Shown: in pieces, positions 49,886-60,530 of the stretch
How the letters are laid out: each line of letters starts with the position of its first letter
How positions within the stretch are numbered: position 1 is the first letter of the stretch
Made by a program: the position numbers and the translations under genes
The notes under the pieces: model-generated
Seen by the model: the letters and a program-made list of their open reading frames with translations, nothing else
Databases searched by the model: none
Told to the model about the DNA's origin: nothing
NCBI GenBank assembly: GCA_963829055.1
Contig: CAWHHI010000020.1
Span: 800,001 to 864,000, forward strand
DNA: 64,000 nucleotides
Source: an uncultured Gemmatimonadaceae bacterium
GTDB taxonomy: Bacteria > Gemmatimonadota > Gemmatimonadetes > Gemmatimonadales > Gemmatimonadaceae
Direction of reading: 5' to 3'

Positions 49886-50995
49886 ATGTCACCCAGAGCA
49901 CGCGACAAATCCACACGCGGCGACGCTCCGCCTGACGAGAGCCGCCGCCAGAAGGCCGCGTCCGGCACGGCCAACGGCTCCCGCTCGCGCAGCAGCACGC
50001 GGAGCACCTCGCGCAGCCGCACCGACCAGACCACGCAGCAGTACCGCAAGATCCAGCGTGACATGGATCAGGCCGACAAGAAGCAACAGGGCGGCCAGGA
50101 GAGCAAGAAGAAGCAGGCGGTGCAGACCGGCGCGCGCGCGCAGCCCGCGAATCCGCTCCCGCAACAACACCTCGACAAGCCGGGCCTCGAGGCCGACCTC
50201 GAGCTACGTCCCAACTACCTCGCGCCCGACTACCGCGGGTCGGGCAAGCTGCAGGACATGGCCGCGATCATCACCGGCGGCGACTCCGGCATCGGGCGCT
50301 CCGTCGCCGTGCTGTTCGCGCGCGAGGGCGCGGACGTCGCGATCATCTATCTCCCGTCCGAGCAGGTGGACGCCGAGGAGACGCGTGACGCCATCGAGCG
50401 CGAGGGGCGTCGCTGCCTGCTCATGCCGGGCGACGTCACCGACTACGCATTCTGCGAGCAGGCCGTCGAAGCCACCACGCGCGAGTTCGGCCGGCTGGAT
50501 GTGCTCGTCAACAACGCGGCCTTCCAGGAACACACGCACTCGCTCGAAGAGCTCTCGCTCGAGCACTTCGACCGCACCATCAAGACGAATCTGTACGGCT
50601 ACTTCCACATGGCGAAGGCCGCGGTACCGCACCTGGGACGCGGCGGCTCCATCATCAACACCGGGTCCGTCACCGGACTACTCGGCAGCAAGGAGCTGCT
50701 CGACTACTCGATGACCAAGGGCGGCATTCACGCCTTCACGCGCTCGCTGTCATCCAGCCTCATCGAGAAGGGCATCCGCGTGAACGCCGTCGCGCCGGGT
50801 CCGGTGTGGACGCCGCTCAACCCAGCGGACAAGGACGCCGAGAAGGTCGCGGAGTTCGGCGCTGACGTTCCCATGCAGCGCCCGGCACAGCCCGAAGAGC
50901 TCTCGCCGCTCTACGTCTTCCTCGCGTCACCGGTGTGCTCCAGCTACATCACGGGCGAGATCTACCCGGTCGTCGGAGGCTACAGCGGTTCCTGA
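49886..50995 (+). CDS. SDR oxidoreductase (YhdF/general stress protein 39-like)
   Basis: GSGKL..AIITGGDSGIG, NNAA, YSMTK, VNAVAPGPVWTPL. Confidence 0.93.
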   Translation: MSPRARDKSTRGDAPPDESRRQKAASGTANGSRSRSSTRSTSRSRTDQTTQQYRKIQRDMDQADKKQQGGQESKKKQAVQTGARAQPANPLPQQHLDKPGLEADLELRPNYLAPDYRGSGKLQDMAAIITGGDSGIGRSVAVLFAREGADVAIIYLPSEQVDAEETRDAIEREGRRCLLMPGDVTDYAFCEQAVEATTREFGRLDVLVNNAAFQEHTHSLEELSLEHFDRTIKTNLYGYFHMAKAAVPHLGRGGSIINTGSVTGLLGSKELLDYSMTKGGIHAFTRSLSSSLIEKGIRVNAVAPGPVWTPLNPADKDAEKVAEFGADVPMQRPAQPEELSPLYVFLASPVCSSYITGEIYPVVGGYSGS

Positions 50996-51025
50996 GTACG
51001 CTCGCGGTCTCGCCATCGTCCATCG

Positions 51026-51068
51026 CGCGTCAACACGCCGCCCTGACAGGCGTGTTGACGCGTCGTTT
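51026..51068. terminator. Hairpin terminator between convergent genes
   Basis: cgcgtcaacacgcc-N9-ggcgtgttgacgcg 14-bp stem followed by tcgttttc. Confidence 0.65.
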
Positions 51069-51073
51069 TCACA

Positions 51074-52690
51074 TCACTTCAAGCGAAATGGCGGTCCAAC
51101 GACCATTCGCTCCGGAAGCCCACGCTTGATCTGCTCACGGGTGATTCCCGCGCTCAGTGACTCACGAGCACTTTGCACCACTCCCACGAAGGACTTCACG
51201 CGTGGTGTGAAGGCATCCGGAAACATGGCAGAGATGTTTTCAACGCGCGTGATTATTTCGCTCAGCCGCGCGAAGAGCCCGATCGGAGCCCTCGAATCGG
51301 GCAACGTGGTGAAGGCAAGCAAGGCATTGCGCACTGCGGCGTCGATGGCAGCCTCCAGCGACGGGAATGGGTCGCGCTGACACACAGCCTGCGCGAACAC
51401 CGCTCGGACGAATGCCCTACTCTCACTCTCCGCCGGCGATCCGGCCCCGTTCACGAACGCCGACACGTCGTCGCGACAACTGCTGGCGTTCCAGCCGTCT
51501 TCATTCCAGAAGTTGGTGATGGCCGCGACCCGTGTTGCATCCGGGCTCACGACGCCGAGCGATCCCAGCAGACGAATGGTGGCGACGTCCGCCGACCGTA
51601 GGCCTTCGTTCACCGCTGGCCGCGAAAAAGCGTAGGCCGTGAGCTCGTCGACGTGCAGGCGTTGTACGCCGGCCGAGTGCACGTCGAACGTCGATCTGGT
51701 GTCGCTATCGACCGCGAACGGATTCGACAGCGGAGATCGAAGCGTCGGCGTGGCGCGCGCGAACCACCGGGCGATGGAGTTGTGAATCATCGTTGTCGGC
51801 CCGGTCGCGGTGGCCGGTCGTGGCAGGTCGCGCAATCGGAGACCCAATGCCAACGCCTCGGTCGCCATCCAGTCGAGCGCGACGTCGGACCAGCTCGACT
51901 CCGCGTACCCGCCGCCAACGTCCGAGTGAGCGCCCGGGAACCACATCTGCTGCAGACGCGGTCGTTGGCCGTCGCCGCGCTGGCCATTCCAGAGCAGCGC
52001 CGGAAACTTCGCCCGCAGTTCGTGGGTCGCGAGCGCGTGTCGAGCGTAGGCGACGTTCGACGGAAGCTCGGTCGCATGGAACTCGGTGAACGGTGCCGAG
52101 AACCGCGCGAGCCGTCCGGTCAGGCCTAACGCGGCAACGGTATCCCAGACGCCGAGCAAGTAAATGGGGAGCACGGTCCCATCATCAGCCGACGGCCGCT
52201 CGGCGAAGCCAAGCTCGCGCAAGTACTGTCGCAGCGCCGAGTGTTGCGCGTCCTCACTGTTCTCGTACTTCGCGTACGCCTGCTCGATCAGATTCTCGTC
52301 GTGTGCGACCTTTGCCAGGAGCAACCCCACTGCATCGACGAAGCCGGCCACCGACCGCGCCGCGAACGCGCCGCGGCTGAAGCCGAACAGATAGACGTTG
52401 TCGCCGTTGACGTAGTTCGCGCTGAGGAACTGGTATGCGTCCTTGATGCGATCCGACAGTCCGACGCCGAACAGTCCCCCGACGATGTTCCGCGGCACGT
52501 TGGGCAGCCTGCGTACCCAGCGACCGAGTCGGTCGGTGCCGATCCCGTTCAGATGTCGGCACACCTGGTCGGGATGGCCGTCCGCGGCGACGAACAGTTT
52601 GTGAACGTTCGTGTTCTCGCCCGAGGCCTTGTCAGCGGCTTCGTTCCACGTCCCGTCGATGAAGAGAACGACGTTCTTGGGCGTTGCCAT
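51074..52690 (-). CDS. DUF2235 (Tle1-like alpha/beta hydrolase) domain protein
   Basis: FIDGTWN, TNV, FGFSRGAFAAR, GVWDTV, HALA..E.R..F, WFPGAHSDVGGG. Confidence 0.9.
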   Translation of the reverse strand: MATPKNVVLFIDGTWNEAADKASGENTNVHKLFVAADGHPDQVCRHLNGIGTDRLGRWVRRLPNVPRNIVGGLFGVGLSDRIKDAYQFLSANYVNGDNVYLFGFSRGAFAARSVAGFVDAVGLLLAKVAHDENLIEQAYAKYENSEDAQHSALRQYLRELGFAERPSADDGTVLPIYLLGVWDTVAALGLTGRLARFSAPFTEFHATELPSNVAYARHALATHELRAKFPALLWNGQRGDGQRPRLQQMWFPGAHSDVGGGYAESSWSDVALDWMATEALALGLRLRDLPRPATATGPTTMIHNSIARWFARATPTLRSPLSNPFAVDSDTRSTFDVHSAGVQRLHVDELTAYAFSRPAVNEGLRSADVATIRLLGSLGVVSPDATRVAAITNFWNEDGWNASSCRDDVSAFVNGAGSPAESESRAFVRAVFAQAVCQRDPFPSLEAAIDAAVRNALLAFTTLPDSRAPIGLFARLSEIITRVENISAMFPDAFTPRVKSFVGVVQSARESLSAGITREQIKRGLPERMVVGPPFRLK

Positions 52691-52844
52691 GGATCTCGCA
52701 GTGACGCCAGGATGGCGATTGCCCTGGAGACGATACGGCCGGGCGCCCCCACCCACAACTCGCGCCGGAAATGAAGCGCACGAGCGTACCCAGCCGGCGT
52801 GCTGCCATTGACTCGCCGGTCACGCTCGTACAGCGTGTCTGGTT

Positions 52845-55800
52845 ATGCACCTCGAGCACGATGTCGTCTGTCCTACCGTCATCGGTCGCGAGTCTGCAAC
52901 TCACCGGTCCATGCGCGGGTGCTCGCGCGTGCCGGGAAGGGAACGGGCGCGTCGCCCTGATCGTCGGCGAAGCGGGCGTCGGCAAGTCGCGGCTCCTCCG
53001 CGCGATGACCGACGAAGCCCGCGACGGCGGGCTTCTTCGTCCTGCAGCGGCGCGTGCTTCGAGGCCGAACGGTCGATCCCGTACGCGCCGCTGCTCGACC
53101 TCGTGCGGCTCTTCGCGGGCTGCGGCATCGCCCGGCGCTCGTCGCGCACGTGCTGGCGCCGGCGGCGTCCGAGCTCGTCGACGATCTTTCCCGAGCTGCG
53201 GCCGCTCCTGCCCGACGCGATCCCGAATCCCACGATCGATCCGGAGTCCGACAGAGCGACGGCTGTTTCACGCGCTCGCGCAGGTCGTCACGCTCCTCGC
53301 TCGCACGCAGCCGGTGTTCCTCGCGTTCGAGGACGTGCACTGGAGCGACGACGCCACCCTCGAGCTGGTGTTCCATCTCGCGCGGAGCCACAGCGCACAG
53401 CCGCGTCGTCATCGCGCTCACGTATCGCGGCGAGGAAGCGGGGCCGCGGCTCGCGCGTCTCGTGGCCGACCTCGAGCGGGCGCGCGTCGTCGACGAGCTG
53501 CCCGTCGAGCGACTTGGTCGCGAGCGACGTCGGCGCGATGCTGCAGGCGATCTTCGGCCCGCGCGAGAACCTCGGCGACCGGAGTTCGTGCATCTGCTGC
53601 ACGGGCTCACGGAGGGCAACCCGTTCTTCGTCGAGGAGACGCTCAAGGCCCTGATCGTCGCCGGCGACCTCACGCCGACGGGCGGTGGCGGTGGCGTGCG
53701 CGACCGCTCGAGCGCGTGCGCGTGCCGCAGACCGCCGTCGAAGCCGTGCGCCGGCGACTCGCCGCGCTCACCGCGTCGGCGCGCGATGTCGCGTCCACGG
53801 CGGCCGTCGCCGGCCGACGATTCGACTTCGGGCTGCTGCAGACGCTCACGAACCACGACGAGAAGGAGATGCTCGCGCTCGTGAAGGAGCTGATCGCGGC
53901 GCAGCTCGTCGTCGAGGAATCGGCCGAACGGTTCGCGTTCCGCCACGCGCTCACGCGCGAGGCCATCTACGCCGAGCTGCTGACGCGCGAGCGGGTCGCG
54001 CTGCATCGGGAGGTCGCGGCCGCGCTCGAGCGGCAGCACGCGCAGTCGCTCGATGCCGTCGTCGAGGCGCTCGCGTACCACGCGTGGGAGGCCGGCGACT
54101 GGGAGCGCGCCGCCACGTACGCCGCGCGCGCTGGCAGCGCACGCACGTCGCGCTGTCCGCGCCGCGACGAGGCCGTGGCCCATCTCGACCGCGCGTTCTC
54201 GGCGTCGGAGCGCGCGGGCAGTCGAACCGGCCATCGAGCTGTATCTCGCCCGCGGGCAGCGCGAACGAGACGCTCGGCGAGTTCCAGCGCGCCAACGACG
54301 ACTTCAACGCGGCGCTCGACGCGCGCGCGCGCCGCGTCGGATCGCCGCGCGGAGTGGGAAGCGCTGTACGCGTTAGGCAAGCTGTGGGCGGCGCGCGACT
54401 ACGCGCGCGCCGGCGAGTACCGGCGTGACGCGCTGGACGTCGCGCGCTCGCTCGGCGACGAGTCGCTCGTCGCGCGAAGCCTCAATCGCGTCGGGAACTG
54501 GTACGTGAACCTCGAGGAGCCGCAGGCCGGGCTGCCGCACCACGAGGAGGCGCTCGCGATCTTCGAGCGGCTCGGCGACGACACCGGCGTGGCGGAGACG
54601 GTCGACCTGATCGCGATGGCGCATCACGTGGGCGGCGAGCAGCGCGCCGCCGCGTCGTACTACGAGCGCTCGCGTGACGCTGTTCACGCGGCATGGATGA
54701 CCGCCGCGGTCTGGCGAACGCACTCGCGACTACTCGCGTTATGCGGACCGTCGTACCAGTCGTCTCGACGACGCCGTTCATGAGCTCCGGTCGGCGGCGA
54801 AGAGCTCTCGCGCTCATGCGCTCGATGCGCCTTGCTCGCGAGATCGGGTGGCGTGCCGGCGAGGCGTTCCTGCGGTTCATCATCGCCGACTGTCTCGTCT
54901 GCGCGCGGCGAGTACGACCGCGCGATCCCGCTGGCTCGCGAAGCGCTCTCGCAGGCCGAGGAGATCGAGCACCTGCAGTGGACGGCCGGCACGCTCCGAA
55001 TTCTCGGCGCCTGTCGCTCGACCTGCTCGCGCCTGACGTGGCGCGCGAGCACCTCGAGGCGGCGTACGGGATCGCGCAGCGGCTCGGATCCCGGCGTGTG
55101 GATTCGATGGACGGCGGCGCCGCTCGCGATCGCGCGCGCGCGGACGTCGACCTGCCTGAAGCGCATCGACGTGCTGGATCGCGCGGCCCGCGTGGCCGAG
55201 GTCCGCGAGGACGGATCGGGACGCACCGCCCGGCCCGTGGAAGCCGCTCTCACGCTTGGTGAGCGTCAGCTCTGTGGCCGCGCGGCCGAGCTCGCGCTGA
55301 TCGAGCAGCGGCCGGACACGGCGCTGCAGATCGTCGACGCGCGACTCGACGTCGGAGCGTGCCGGGAATCCCGGGAGCGTCCTGGGCGTTCCGCGACTCT
55401 CGCTCGTTCGCGGCGAGGCGCTCTCGACGCTCGGCCGGTACGAGGAGGCCGAGCGGACGCTCGAGACGGCGCGTGCCGAGGCGACGGCGCAGGGCGCGCG
55501 CCCGATGCTGTGGAGGATCGAGGCGGCGCTCGGCCACGTGCATCGCGCGCAGCGAAAGCGTCTCGAGGCGCGTCGCGCGTTCGACACGGCGCGCGCCATG
55601 GCGGACGAGCTGGCGGCGAAGGTGCCGGACGACGACGCTGCGCGCGCGCTTTCTCGATGGGCTGGACGCGGTCATCCCCGCGGCGCCGCCGCCGTCGGCC
55701 GGCCGCGTCGCGAAGGAGGCGTTAGGCGGGCTGACCCAGCGCGAGCGCGACGTCGCGGAGCTGGTCGCGCAGGGGAAGGCGAATCGGGCGATCGGTCGCG

Positions 55801-55942
55801 ATCTCGGGATCGGCGAGCGGACCGTCGAGGGCTACGTCGCGAGCGCGCTCGGGAAGCTCGGCTTCACGTCGCGGACGCAGCTGGCGGCATGGGCGGTGGA
55901 GATGGGAATAAGTCGTCCGACGCCCTCGCGGTCACCCGCTGA
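52845..55942 (+). CDS. Large ATP-binding LuxR-family regulator (AAA + TPR + LuxR HTH), many frameshifts
   Basis: [61 protein letters not shown]...[18 protein letters not shown]. Confidence 0.88.
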
Positions 55943-55949
55943 TCGGGTC

Positions 55950-56072
55950 GTCATTCCGAGCGAGCGTCAGCGAGTCGAGCGAATGCGCGATCGTCCCGAT
56001 AGAGGGCCCCTCCTGCTCGCGGGCAGCTCGATTCCTCGACTGCGCGCCTCCGGCGCTCCGCTCGGAATGACA
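55950..56072. repeat. REP-like palindrome family B
   Basis: gtcattccgagcg...cgctcggaatgac. Confidence 0.85.
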
Positions 56073-56228
56073 ACCGCTCGTACCAGCACCGAATTTCCCC
56101 GTACCGCATCTGAAAGTCCGCGTGGTTTCCACGCTGTAGCGCTCAGGCCGTCTCCGGTATTCTGCCGCCACATCAACGCCCGACACGAATGTCGGGCGCA
56201 GGCAATGACCCGATCCGGAGACATTCTC

Positions 56229-56821
56229 ATGCGCACCACCAGCAGCATCCGCACTCCACTCGTCGCGTCCGCCATTACCACCGTCGTGCTCGTCGCGATC
56301 GCGGCGTGCTCCAAGACCTCGGCCAGCAGCGATAGCACGGCTCACCGAATCCCACCGCGCCAGCCGTTACCGCGCAGTCGCGCAGTCTGCACAGTCCGCC
56401 GCGGCACAGCACGGCCGCAGCGCGACCTCCAGTGGGGCCCGGCTCCGGCGGTTCTTCCGCCGGGAGCCGAGATCGCGGTCCTGCAGGGTGACCCGAGCAA
56501 GGCCGAGGACGTTCACGCGTGCGCCTGCGAGCTTCCGAACGGCTACAAGATCCCGCCGCACACCCATCCCGACGGTCGAGAACGTGACCGTACTCGACCG
56601 GGACGTTTCTCGCCGGGATGGGCACCGACGTTCGACGAGTCGAAGCTGCAGCCGTTCGGTCGCGACGGCTTCCTCAGCGTCCCGGCCGAGCATGCGCACT
56701 ACGCCATGGCGCGCGGCGAGACGGTCGTGCAGGTCCACGGCCTCGGTCCGTTCGCGCTCACGTACGTGAATCCCGCCGACAATCCCGCAGCAGTGGCCGA
56801 TGATGCCGCGTCTGCGCCTAA
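56229..56821 (+). CDS. Cupin-domain lipoprotein (DUF4437-like), frameshifted; end approximate
   Basis: IAAC lipobox; [51 protein letters not shown]. Confidence 0.8.
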
Positions 56822-56884
56822 CGATACGAACCGTTTCAACCGACCGATTTCTAACAATGACTACTGACACCTACTACGATCCAT

Positions 56885-57737
56885 ATGACTGCACGTACTC
56901 GACGTGAGCGTCAGCCGCGAGCATCGAGCCCGATCCGATCAGCGAGCGCGTACGGGCGACGTGGACCTGCCGGCGATTTCGGCCGCATCGCGACGGGGAT
57001 ACGTGCTGCGGCGCCGGTGAGTTCATCGCCCGACTCGGCCTCGAGCCCGGCGAGCCCGTGCTCGACGTGGCCTGTGGCACCGGGAACCTCTCGATCCCGG
57101 CGGCGCGCACCGGCGCGTCGGTGACCGGGATCGACATCGCGCCGAACCTCGTTGGCGCAGGCGCAGAAGCGCGCGCGGCGATCGAAGCGCGTGGCAATCG
57201 CCTTCGACGTCGGCGATGCCGAGCGAGCTGCCTTACGCGAACGGTGCGTTCGAGACCGTCGTCACGATGTTCGGCGCCATGTTCGCCGCACGTCCCGAGC
57301 GCGCCGCGGCCGAGTTGCTGCGCGTCACGCGATCGGGCGGGCGGATCGCGATGGCCAACTGGACGCCGACCGGCTTCATCGGCGACATGCTGAGGACGAC
57401 GGTCACGTACGTGCCTGCACCCGCCGGCGTTCCGTCGCCGCTGCTCTGGGGCACCGAGGACGCCGTGCGTGAGCGTCTCGGCGCCGGGGTCGACGTCGCT
57501 GACCCTGACGCGACGACTGATCACGTTCGAGTACCCGTTCGGGCCGGAGCAGGTCGGTGAACGAATTCCGTCTCTGGTACGGCCCGACGCTGCGCGCGTT
57601 CGCGGCGCTGGATGAGGACGAACCGCACGCATTGCGTCGCGACCTGGAGCGCGCTCTGGACGGACCACAATCGCGCGACGGATGGGACGACGCGCGTGCA
57701 GTCGGAGTACCTCGAAGTCGTCGCTGTCGTGAAGTGA
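56885..57737 (+). CDS. Class I SAM-dependent methyltransferase, frameshifted
   Basis: [50 protein letters not shown]. Confidence 0.85.
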
Positions 57738-57786
57738 CCTGACCTGCCTAACATGGAGCACCAACAATGTTTCTGGAGATGTCCCC

Positions 57787-58496
57787 ATGTCGACCACCCG
57801 CACCATCGCCCGCCGCTTCGCGATGATCCGGCGATCTGCCGATCGTCGCGATCGCCACCGTCGCCACCGCCCGCGTCGCATCGCCGCCTACGGCAAGCCC
57901 GCGACGAGGCACGAGCACGACCACGAGCACGTCCACGCTCCGATCGAGCCGAGCAACCGCTGGCTCGACGGTCTCAAGGCGAAGCACGCGCCAGTTCTTC
58001 GATGCCCCGACGCCTAACGGCGGGATCGCGCTCGTGCACGTGATGAACTACTACGACACGTACAACAAGGCGTTCAACGTGAAGGACGCGGACATCGATG
58101 CCGTGCTCACGTTCTACGGCAGCACGACGTTCTACGGACTCAACGACGCCGCGTGGGCGAAGTACAAGCTCGGCGAGTTCCTCGAGATCGAACGATCCGA
58201 CCACCGGTAAGCCGGCGACGGCGAACCCGTGGCGCACCGCTCCGGTCGTCCTCGGCATGACGTTGCCGACGGCGAGCCTCGAGTCGCTGCACAAGCGCGG
58301 CGCGACGCTCATCCTGTGCAACAACGCGCTGACAGATCTTCTCCAGCCTGCTGGCCGCAGAAGCGCGGCCTGGACGCGAAGGCCGTGTACGCAGGATCTC
58401 AAGGCGAACATCCTGCCGGAAGTCGAGCTGGTGCCGGGGATGGTCGTGGCCGTCGAGCAGGCGCAGCGCGCCGGGCTGACGTATCACCGGCAGTAG
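57787..58496 (+). CDS. Exported DsrE-like fold hypothetical protein, frameshifted
   Basis: Fragments WLDGLK, VHVMNYYDTYNKAF, GLNDAAWAKYKLGE, NPWR, RGATLILCNNAL, VPGMVVAVEQAQRAG. Confidence 0.6.
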
Positions 58497-58540
58497 AAGT
58501 TCTGGCACTACCTCGGCCTGAGGAAGGAGGCCGAAGGAAG

Positions 58541-58586
58541 GAGGGTGTCATCCCGAGGAGCGCGAGCGACGAGGGATGACACCCTC
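58541..58586. repeat. Short REP-like hairpin (family B)
   Basis: gagggtgtcatccc...gggatgacaccctc, 14-bp inverted repeat. Confidence 0.7.
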
Positions 58587-58659
58587 ATGATGCAGGCGAG
58601 CGTCCCATTGCCTATGTTGGTCTGCCACGCCATTCACCGCTCCCCGCAGACCGACGACG

Positions 58660-60444
58660 ATGAGACGCCTCCGACGCATCTGCTCGACGCTCCTATGGCT
58701 CGCCTGCCTAACGCCCGCTGTCCATCTCGGCGCCCAGGGCACTCGCGTCGACAGTCTGGACGCCTTCATCAAAACCCAGATGGCCCGTCACCAGATCCGA
58801 GGCCTGTCACTCGCGATCATCAACGGCGGCAAGATCGAAGTCACGCGCGCGTATGGTGTGGTCGACGAGACGTCCCACGCTCCCGTCACGCCCACCACGC
58901 TCTTCCAGGCCGGCTCGATCAGCAAACCCGTCTCGGCACTCGGCGCGCTGCATCTCGTGGAAGCCGGCAAGCTGTCGCTCGACGAGGATGTGAACGGCAA
59001 GCTCACGTCGTGGAAAGTTCCGGAGAACCGATTCACCGCCACGGAGAAGGTGACACTGCGGCGGCTGCTTTCGCATAACGCGGGCGTCACGGTCCACGGG
59101 TTCCCGGGTTACGACGTCTCCGTCGGCATGCCGACGTTGGTGCAAGTCCTCAATGGGACGCCGCCCGCGAACACACCGCCGATTCGTGTGGACACCACGC
59201 CGGGCGCGATCTGGCGCTACTCCGGCGGCGGCTTCACGATCATGCAGCAGATGATGATCGACCTGACGGGCCAGCCGTTTCCGCGCTACATGCAGCAGAC
59301 CGTGCTCGCTCCGATCGGGATGACGAACAGTTCCTTCGAGCAGCCGCAACCTCCCGCGCGCGCGGCGCTCACCGCTGCAGGCTTCTACGCGAACCGCACG
59401 CCGGTGAGTGGACGCTGGCATTTGTATCCCGAGATGGCCGCGGCGGGGCTGTGGACCACGCCAACCGACCTCGCGAAGTTCGCGATCGAGATCCAGGAGA
59501 CCCTCGCGGGGCGAGGGCACGGCGTGATCTCGCCGGCAATGGCGCGCCAGTACGTCACGGAACAGAAAGGCGGCAGTGGTCTCGGCATCGGCGTGGGCCC
59601 TGCAAAGCGCGGCACTCGATTCAGTCACGGTGGCCGCGACGAGGGATTTGACGCCTTGCTGACAGCGTTCTCCGAAACGGGCCAGGGCCTGGCCGTGATG
59701 ATCAACGCCAACGACAACTCCCGACTCATGGGAAGCATCGAGGCGTTCGTCGCGAAACTCTGGGAATGGCCGATCGAGATGGGTCCGGCGGCGACTCCCG
59801 CTGCGACCAGCGCTGTACCGATCGCGCCTACGCAGCTCGCGCGTTACGGCGGCTACTACGAGGCCGCGGAGAACAGCATGATGGCGCTGGTGCCTAACCC
59901 GAACGGCTCGGGAGTCCAGGTGCTCGTCGATGGACTCCCTGACGAGGATCTGCTGGCGATGGACAGCACGCATTTCGGCTCGAGCGCGCGGGCGTTCGAC
60001 GTCAGGTTCGCCGTGGATGCTCGCGGTGAAGTGAGCGCGGTGACGCTGCGTCCCGGCAATCCGCGCGAGCGTCGAGCCCCGCGTGTGGCGCCACTTCCGA
60101 GCTCACTCGAGCCAACGGCAGACCCCGACGCGGCGCTCACCACGCGAATCAAGTCGGCGATCGCGGCGTTGGGGCAAGGTGGAGCGGCGCTGTCCGCGGC
60201 GCGCGACATCACGCCGGGCGCGAAGAGCGACTTTGGTGGAGGGGCCGCCGTTGACCTGGCGCCGGCGGCGACGATGACGTACGTGGGCCAGGAAGACGTG
60301 GCGGGCCGCGGCATTCAACGCCACGGCAGCGAGGTCGCGCGCGTGCGGCTCTACCGAGTACAGACGCCCGCCGGTCCGCGTTACTTGCTGGTGCACCTCA
60401 CGTCCGACGGGAGCGTGACGGATATCGATATGGTGGAGAGGTAG
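58660..60444 (+). CDS. Secreted serine hydrolase, beta-lactamase (class C-like) family, with C-terminal extension
   Basis: FQAGSISK (SxxK), LLSHNAG, YSGGG, HGG. Confidence 0.9.
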   Translation: MRRLRRICSTLLWLACLTPAVHLGAQGTRVDSLDAFIKTQMARHQIRGLSLAIINGGKIEVTRAYGVVDETSHAPVTPTTLFQAGSISKPVSALGALHLVEAGKLSLDEDVNGKLTSWKVPENRFTATEKVTLRRLLSHNAGVTVHGFPGYDVSVGMPTLVQVLNGTPPANTPPIRVDTTPGAIWRYSGGGFTIMQQMMIDLTGQPFPRYMQQTVLAPIGMTNSSFEQPQPPARAALTAAGFYANRTPVSGRWHLYPEMAAAGLWTTPTDLAKFAIEIQETLAGRGHGVISPAMARQYVTEQKGGSGLGIGVGPAKRGTRFSHGGRDEGFDALLTAFSETGQGLAVMINANDNSRLMGSIEAFVAKLWEWPIEMGPAATPAATSAVPIAPTQLARYGGYYEAAENSMMALVPNPNGSGVQVLVDGLPDEDLLAMDSTHFGSSARAFDVRFAVDARGEVSAVTLRPGNPRERRAPRVAPLPSSLEPTADPDAALTTRIKSAIAALGQGGAALSAARDITPGAKSDFGGGAAVDLAPAATMTYVGQEDVAGRGIQRHGSEVARVRLYRVQTPAGPRYLLVHLTSDGSVTDIDMVER

Positions 60445-60530
60445 CGGGCCTTCCAGCGACTCTTTCGTCGGTATCCAACCCTGGACTGGGTCGAGAGTGT
60501 CCTAGAAGGATCAGCTCCGCTCATTCCAGC

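Noticed and set aside
58660..60444. True beta-lactamase resistance gene
   Set aside because: Generic SxxK serine hydrolase with a long C-terminal extension, typical of peptidases and esterases of this family.
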